A stretch of DNA of 64,000 nt, from the NCBI GenBank assembly GCA_039798785.1, contig JBDKFG010000006.1, forward strand, positions 58,832 to 122,831, written 5' to 3'. The stretch's first letter is position 1. Every line of letters begins with the position of its first letter. Shown piece by piece: positions 58,869 through 64,000 of the stretch. The position numbers were made by a program, and so were the translations under genes. Below the pieces are notes generated by a model. That model was given only the letters and a program-made list of their open reading frames with translations. It made no database searches and was not told the DNA's origin. Source of the DNA: Verrucomicrobiota bacterium (GTDB lineage: Bacteria; Verrucomicrobiota; Lentisphaeria; Lentisphaerales; Lentisphaeraceae).

Positions 58869-59980
58869 CGCGGTGAGCGAGACTGCTCGCGGTACAGTCT
58901 CGGGCTGGCGCCGCGATGGCGGCGGAATAGGGTGGCGAAATGCCCGGCGTCCACGAAGCCGCAGGCCGCGGCCACCGCCGCGATCTTGTCGTCGCTGTCC
59001 CGGAGAAGGGCGCAGGCGCGCTCGAGGCGCAGCCTCAGCAGGATTTCGCCGGGACTGGCGTCGAGCTCGCGCCGGAAGGCCTGCTCGAGTCCGCGGCGGG
59101 AGACCTGGCAGTGGCGCAGCGCGGCGGCGACGTTCACCGGCTCGGCGAGGTGTTTTTCGAAGTAGGCGAGGGCCTTGCGCAGCAGCGGCGAGCTGGAGGC
59201 CCGCATGTCGCTGCTGGCCCGGCAGATCACTTCGCTTGGCGGGATCAGGAGGTCCCGCCGCGGCGGCGCCTCGCCATCGAGGATCCGGCCGAGCAGGGCC
59301 GCTCCCTGGTAGCCCACCTCCTCCAGCTCGGTGCGCAGGCTGGAGAGCGGAATGGCGGTGCAGTCGCAGACCAGCTCCTCGTTGTCCATGGCCAGCACTC
59401 CGATCTCTTCCGGCACGGCGTGGCCAAGGCCGCGGCAGATGTCGATGAAGCTGGCACCGGCATAATCGTTCCAGCAGAACACCGCCAGGGGGCGCGGCAG
59501 TCCGGCGAGCCAGTCGCCAACGCGTCGCTTCTCGTCGCTCCAGCTCCCTTCGCCTTCATGCAGCACGGCGCAGTCGAAGCCGGCGCGCCGCAGCACTCTC
59601 GCGAAATCCTCGCCCCGCACCGATTTGGCATAGCCGTAGAAGGCGAAATGGCGGAAGCCGCGTTCGCGGAAATGGCGCAAGGCCATCTCCGCCGCCAAGG
59701 AGGTGTCGGTGAGCACCCGGGGATAGGGGGGCGAGCCCAGGCGGCGTCCTTCCACATTCACCGTCGGCTTGCCCGCCTGCGCCAGGAAGTCGAGAAGCGG
59801 CGTGCCGTCGCGCACCAGCATGGTCAGGATGCCGTCGCCATCCCAGCCCCAGGGGATGCGGCCGGGATTGGGCAGCATCTCGAGAGACAGGTGCCAGCCG
59901 TGCTCGCGGGCGTATTTCGCGATCCCCGCGAAAAGCGGCGCACGCTGGAATTCGAGGGCGACCAGGATGTTGCGGGACAT
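58865..59980 (-). CDS. XylR-type regulator (LacI-like sensor domain plus AraC HTH)
   Basis: GIAKYAREHGW, LPRPLAVFCWND, VPEEIGVLAMDN, PLSS, CGFVDAGHFATLF. Confidence 0.9.
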   Translation of the reverse strand: MSRNILVALEFQRAPLFAGIAKYAREHGWHLSLEMLPNPGRIPWGWDGDGILTMLVRDGTPLLDFLAQAGKPTVNVEGRRLGSPPYPRVLTDTSLAAEMALRHFRERGFRHFAFYGYAKSVRGEDFARVLRRAGFDCAVLHEGEGSWSDEKRRVGDWLAGLPRPLAVFCWNDYAGASFIDICRGLGHAVPEEIGVLAMDNEELVCDCTAIPLSSLRTELEEVGYQGAALLGRILDGEAPPRRDLLIPPSEVICRASSDMRASSSPLLRKALAYFEKHLAEPVNVAAALRHCQVSRRGLEQAFRRELDASPGEILLRLRLERACALLRDSDDKIAAVAAACGFVDAGHFATLFRRHRGASPRLYREQSRSPR

Positions 59981-60022
59981 GGCTTGCAGGGGTTGGAGGG
60001 CTTGGAGGGGAGAACGAAGGGG

Positions 60023-60115
60023 TTCACCACAGAGGCACAGAGGGCACAGAGTATGGTTGAAACGATTTGAATGAATTTCGCCGCTCCTCTGTGTGCTCCG
60101 TGCCTCTAGGGTGAA
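60023..60115. repeat. Inverted repeat built from CACAGAG units
   Basis: TTCACCACAGAGGCACAGAGGGCACAGAG (60023-60051) matches the reverse complement of 60087-60115 at 24/29. Confidence 0.75.
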
Positions 60116-60220
60116 TTCTTGCTTGGAAGTTCGTTTTTAGAAAACAATCTGCGCTTTTTTGAAATTGGCGCAAGTCCGAGGCGGGATTTTGTTGAGTGCG
60201 CAGCCACAAAGGAGCTCCCG

Positions 60221-60994
60221 ATGACCAGCACCCTGGAACAGATTCTTCGCGACGGATTCATCCTCGTCTACAATTCGACGGCGCTCGATGTCGTCGCCAC
60301 CGCCCGCGCCCTGCAGGCGGCGGGAATTTGCAACATGGAAGTGACCTGCCGCATCCCCGACGCCCTCGGCAAGATCCGCCGGCTGAAGACGGAAGTGCCC
60401 GGCTTCCGGGTCGGCGGTGCCAGCCTGCTCGACGCGCCGCAAAGCCGCGGCCGCTTCAACCGCCGTCATTCCTCCTCGCCACTGCCCTCGCCCGAGGAGA
60501 TGGTCGAGGCCGGCGCCGACTACCTGGTCTCGGCCGCCGGCTTCCGCGCCGAGACCTATGCCCGCTTCGCCGGCCGCCTGCCGCTCATCCCCGGCTGCGG
60601 CACGGTCAGCGAGATCGTGCAGCAGTACGAGATGGGCGCCAGCTTCTGCAAGCTCTTCCCCGCGGCCCAGTGCGGCGGCTCCGAATTCATCAAGGCGATG
60701 GACCCGGCGATCCACAAGATGATCTCACTGATGCCCACCGGCGGCACCAGCCTCGCCAACATCCCCGACTACGTCAAGGCCGGCTGCCTCGTTCTCGGTG
60801 GCTCCTTCTCGATGATCGAGTCCGCAACCCTGAAACGCATCGAGGCGGAGCAGGATTACGCCAGCCTGGCCGTCGAGTTCGCCAAGGTCAAGGCGCTGAT
60901 CGACGAGTGCCGCCGCCGGCAGTATCCCGACCTCGATTTCCGCAGCGCCAGCCAAGCCGAGATCGAAGCCGCCAGCGGCCGGATTTTCGGTTGA
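60221..60994 (+). CDS. eda: KDPG/KHG aldolase family protein
   Basis: MEVTCR, VGGAS, IPGCGTVSEI, KLFPA, MPTGG; adjacent to kdgK. Confidence 0.85.
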   Translation: MTSTLEQILRDGFILVYNSTALDVVATARALQAAGICNMEVTCRIPDALGKIRRLKTEVPGFRVGGASLLDAPQSRGRFNRRHSSSPLPSPEEMVEAGADYLVSAAGFRAETYARFAGRLPLIPGCGTVSEIVQQYEMGASFCKLFPAAQCGGSEFIKAMDPAIHKMISLMPTGGTSLANIPDYVKAGCLVLGGSFSMIESATLKRIEAEQDYASLAVEFAKVKALIDECRRRQYPDLDFRSASQAEIEAASGRIFG

Positions 60995-60996
60995 AA

Positions 60997-61153
60997 AATT
61001 CAAGATTCAAAATTCAAGATTCAAGATCAGCTGCAAGCTCAATTGGAGATTGAAGATTGAAGATCGAAAACCGGCAGAATCTCAGGACTACTCTTCTTGA
61101 ATTTTGAATCTCGCTCCGCCCTCATTCTTGAATCTTGAATCTTGAATCTTGAA
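60997..61153. repeat. TTCAAGA heptamer arrays in inverted arrangement
   Basis: AATTCAAGATTCAAAATTCAAGATTCAAGA ... TCTTGAATCTTGAATCTTGAATCTTGAA between eda and kdgK. Confidence 0.8.
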
Positions 61154-61171
61154 ACCCCCCAAGGTCCCACC

Positions 61172-62263
61172 ATGAAGCTCAAATCCGCCTCCGAATGCCG
61201 TTACGACATCCTCTCTCTTGGCGAAGTGATGCTCCGGCTCGATCCCGGCGAGGGCCGCATTCACACCACCCGCAGCTTCCAGGTCTGGGAAGGCGGCGGC
61301 GAATACAACGTCGCGCGCGGTCTGCGACGCTGCTTCCGCCAGCGCGCCGCGGTGGTCACCGCCATCGTCGACAACCCCGTCGGGCGCCTGCTCGAAGACC
61401 TGATGCTGCAGGGCGGCGTCGATCTCGATCTGGTGAAATGGCTGCCCTACGACGGTGTCGGCCGCGAGGTCCGCGTCGGCCTCAACTTCACCGAGCGTGG
61501 CTTCGGCGTGCGTGGCGCCGTCGGCTGTTCCGACCGGGGCCTCAGCGCCGCGTCGCAGATCAAGCCCGGCGACATCGACTGGGAGCACATCTTCGGCACG
61601 CTCGGGGTGCGCTGGTTCCACACCGGCGGCATCTACGCCGCCCTGTCGGAAAGCAGCGCCGAAGTGGTGCTCGAGGCGGTCCAGGCCGCCCGCAAACACG
61701 GCACCGTGGTCAGCTACGACCTCAACTACCGTCCCTCCCTGTGGAAGTCGATTGGCGGCAAGAAGAAGGCGCAGGAGGTGAATCGCGCGATCGCGCCCTT
61801 CGTCGACGTCATGCTCGGGAACGAGGAGGATTTCAGCGCCTGTCTCGGTCTCGAGGTGGAAGGTCTGGACGAGCACTGCTCGGAGATCGACCTGGAGAGC
61901 TTCAAGGGGATGATCCGCGGCGCGCTCCGGCAGTTTCCCAACTTCCAGGCCGTCGCCACCACCCTGCGCGTCGCCAGCACCGCTTCGACCAACGACTGGA
62001 GTGCCATCCTCTATGCCGAGGGCGGCTTCCACGCCGCGACCTCGCGTCCCGGTCTCGAGATCCTCGACCGGGTCGGCGGCGGCGACTCCTTCGCCTCGGG
62101 GCTGATTTACGGCTTCCTCGCCGGCAAGGGCGCCGCGGCGGCGGTCGAATACGGCGCCGCCCACGGCGCCCTGGCGATGACCACCCCCGGCGACACCTCC
62201 ACCGCTTCCCTGGCCGAAGTCGAGAAGCTGGTGGCTGGCGCCGGCGCCCGGGTCGACCGCTGA
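61172..62263 (+). CDS. kdgK: 2-keto-3-deoxygluconate kinase (PfkB family)
   Basis: LGEVMLRLDP, GGGEYNVA, YDLNYRPSLW, GNEED, DRVGGGDSF, TTPGD. Confidence 0.92.
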   Translation: MKLKSASECRYDILSLGEVMLRLDPGEGRIHTTRSFQVWEGGGEYNVARGLRRCFRQRAAVVTAIVDNPVGRLLEDLMLQGGVDLDLVKWLPYDGVGREVRVGLNFTERGFGVRGAVGCSDRGLSAASQIKPGDIDWEHIFGTLGVRWFHTGGIYAALSESSAEVVLEAVQAARKHGTVVSYDLNYRPSLWKSIGGKKKAQEVNRAIAPFVDVMLGNEEDFSACLGLEVEGLDEHCSEIDLESFKGMIRGALRQFPNFQAVATTLRVASTASTNDWSAILYAEGGFHAATSRPGLEILDRVGGGDSFASGLIYGFLAGKGAAAAVEYGAAHGALAMTTPGDTSTASLAEVEKLVAGAGARVDR

Positions 62264-62265
62264 GC

Positions 62266-62967
62266 TTATGGGGCTGAGAGGGGGCGGGAGAAGACTTGGC
62301 ACTCGCAGGTCACGCGCTTGTTCGCGCCGACAGTCACCACCGGTTTGAAAACCAGGTCGATGATGCCGGCGTCGAACAGCGATTTCTGCAGTTTGGGATT
62401 GCCTGAAGCGGTGCACAGCCATGTTTGGCTGCGGCGGTTTTCGGCGAGGATGCTCATCTCTCCGGGATCGAGCTCGATATCGGCTTCGATCCCGCCGATG
62501 TAGAGTCTGCCCTCGCCGGCCGAGATCTCATCGATGATCGAGCTCAGCTGCGACAGCCTGGCGACATCTTTGGCGCTTTGTTTGTGGAACTTGATCTTGG
62601 CGGCATCCGGTCCCAGCGCTTCACGGATGATCTGAAGGCTGGATTGGCCCGTCGACTGGCTATCCGCGAATTCCTCCGGGCCGAAAATGGCCAGGGATTG
62701 CATTTTGCCGGAGCTGAAAAGTGTCTTGAGGTGGGCGGCCACCGCTTCGGCCTCCACCTGACGGGCGAGGGAGTAATTGGCGCGGTCCGCTTCAAGGCTT
62801 TCCTCGTTGGGATCGAGAGCGATCAGTCGCAGCAGCAGCAAGAGAGAGCCGCTCAGCATGGACGCAGCAGAGGCGAATTTGTATTTGGGACTTTGCGAGG
62901 CCTTGAGATACAGCAGGGCGCCGCAAGCGAAACTGCAGACGCCGAGGAAAAGCAGGAGTCCACTCAT
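62266..62967 (-). CDS. Hypothetical protein with two N-terminal TM helices (prepilin-partner family)
   Basis: 233 aa; two TM segments, then an alpha/beta domain with LFDAGIIDLVFKP. Starts 6 nt after the pilin-like stop. Confidence 0.78.
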   Translation of the reverse strand: MSGLLLFLGVCSFACGALLYLKASQSPKYKFASAASMLSGSLLLLLRLIALDPNEESLEADRANYSLARQVEAEAVAAHLKTLFSSGKMQSLAIFGPEEFADSQSTGQSSLQIIREALGPDAAKIKFHKQSAKDVARLSQLSSIIDEISAGEGRLYIGGIEADIELDPGEMSILAENRRSQTWLCTASGNPKLQKSLFDAGIIDLVFKPVVTVGANKRVTCECQVFSRPLSAP

Positions 62968-62973
62968 TTGCGG

Positions 62974-63666
62974 TCACTGCACGCTGACATTCTGAGTGAA
63001 GCTGTCGGTGCCGGGTATGAGCTGGCTGTTGGCGATGATCTGGGCGTGGCCGTCGATGTAGAGTGCGACGCGTTTGCCGTTGTGATACTGATAAGGAGCG
63101 AAGTCCCAGTCGCGGGCCAGGGCGCTGTACCAGCCGTTGCCGGCGAATTTCTGCGATCCGTTGAATCCTTCGGTGAGCAGATAGCAGCTGGCTGTTTGAT
63201 TGACTTCGCTGCTGCGGCGGGAAAGCATCAGGCCGATGACTCCGGTGTTGGTGCTGGGGGGAATGGCGTAGGCCGGGCCCGCGCCGCTCTGGGAGCCCCA
63301 TAGACCGTAGGCATTGACTGAATAAGTCCGCACCAGCTTGACGGGATGCTTGTCCCGGTCGCTAGGGCAGCGGAGCAGATCGTCGGTCGCTGACTTCCGG
63401 TCGACGGTCCAGGCGAGATATTCGCTGTCCGTCAGGTCGCGGCTGAGGTAGGCGGCGATGCGATCATCCCAGGAGACGGATTCATCGTAGGCCCAGCCGA
63501 TGTTTTTGAATTCATCATAGCGATTGCCGCCGGGGGGCAGGCGGCGGGCGTTCTTCTCGAACTGGGAAAAGCCGAAATTCAATTGTTTGAGGTTGGAGGT
63601 GCAGACGGCGATTTTCGCCATCTGCTTGGCTCGGACGAAGGAGGGGTAGAGCAGCGAGGCCAGAAT
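62974..63666 (-). CDS. Prepilin-like protein lacking its FTLIE N terminus (joined in frame to cytochrome c1 sequence)
   Basis: ILASLLYPSFVRAKQMAKIAVCTSNLKQ, SWDDRI, CPSD, HNGKRVALYIDGHA. Confidence 0.8.
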   Translation of the reverse strand: MLASLLYPSFVRAKQMAKIAVCTSNLKQLNFGFSQFEKNARRLPPGGNRYDEFKNIGWAYDESVSWDDRIAAYLSRDLTDSEYLAWTVDRKSATDDLLRCPSDRDKHPVKLVRTYSVNAYGLWGSQSGAGPAYAIPPSTNTGVIGLMLSRRSSEVNQTASCYLLTEGFNGSQKFAGNGWYSALARDWDFAPYQYHNGKRVALYIDGHAQIIANSQLIPGTDSFTQNVSVQ

Positions 63667-64000
63667 CGTCAGGAAGATCACGGCCTTGAAACCGGCTTCA
63701 CGGCGATCCATCAGCTTGGGTTCTGCCGCCCACATCAGGAAGGACGACACGTCTTCCGCCATCTGGCTCGTGGTGGCAGCCGTGCCATCGGCATAGGTCA
63801 CCAGATCATCCATCAGCGGCGGGGGCATGGCGATCCAGCTGCCCGGCACGGTTGAAACGCCTTTTTCGTCCTTGCAGCTGTCCGGCACGCCACCATTCCC
63901 GAAAGAGGTGTTGTAATAGAAGCCGTCAATGCCATCAGGCGCACATTCCGGGTTTTCCTCGTAATGCGTCAGGATCGAATACATGTATTCGGCCCCGCCC
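63646..64000 (-). CDS. petC: Cytochrome c1 C-terminal fragment (alphaproteobacterial-like; runs off the right edge)
   Basis: GGAEYMYSILTHY, YYN..F, WIAMPPPL (axial Met), VTYADGT, DVSSFLMWAAEPKL..R..G, then a TM helix. Confidence 0.88.

Noticed and set aside
62974..63984. 336-aa ORF as a genuine single gene starting at ATG 63984
   Set aside because: That ATG is internal to cytochrome c1 (the frame stays open to the window edge) and the ORF is probably chimeric.

Overview
GC-rich bacterial window, probably from a PVC-superphylum organism (Lentisphaerae-like). This is inferred from the many 'FTLIELL' prepilin-like genes ending in H-X(8-12)-DG, the XylR-type regulators and the REP-like repeats. 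Contents in order: (1) a partial sugar-porter MFS divergent from two prepilin-like/partner gene pairs, then an AraC regulator; (2) a photolyase and a divergent DUF4345/ATP10-like/desaturase unit, separated by a spacer holding miniature elements; (3) a Fur-box-controlled TonB-dependent iron-uptake operon (receptor, piuC, tonB, exbB, exbD); (4) a housekeeping block (hisS, LPS kinase, secA, bioC-like, LysR, nitrilase-family, HAD, ychJ, hemG, bioF, UvrD/Rep helicase); (5) two paralogous TPR-like membrane-anchored proteins plus DUF3142; (6) a ~23 kb carbohydrate locus (two GH38-like hydrolases, HupE/UreJ, SDR, RraA-like, lactonase, uxuA, MFS, two XylR-like regulators, eda, kdgK) holding three more prepilin-like/partner pairs. 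The best candidate for an undescribed system is the five-times-repeated module of a prepilin-like gene plus a two-TM partner, which shares upstream motifs with sugar transporter genes. The last ~350 bp are a cytochrome c1 fragment fused in frame to a prepilin-like gene, probably an assembly chimera. No rRNA, tRNA, CRISPR array or transposase was recognised.
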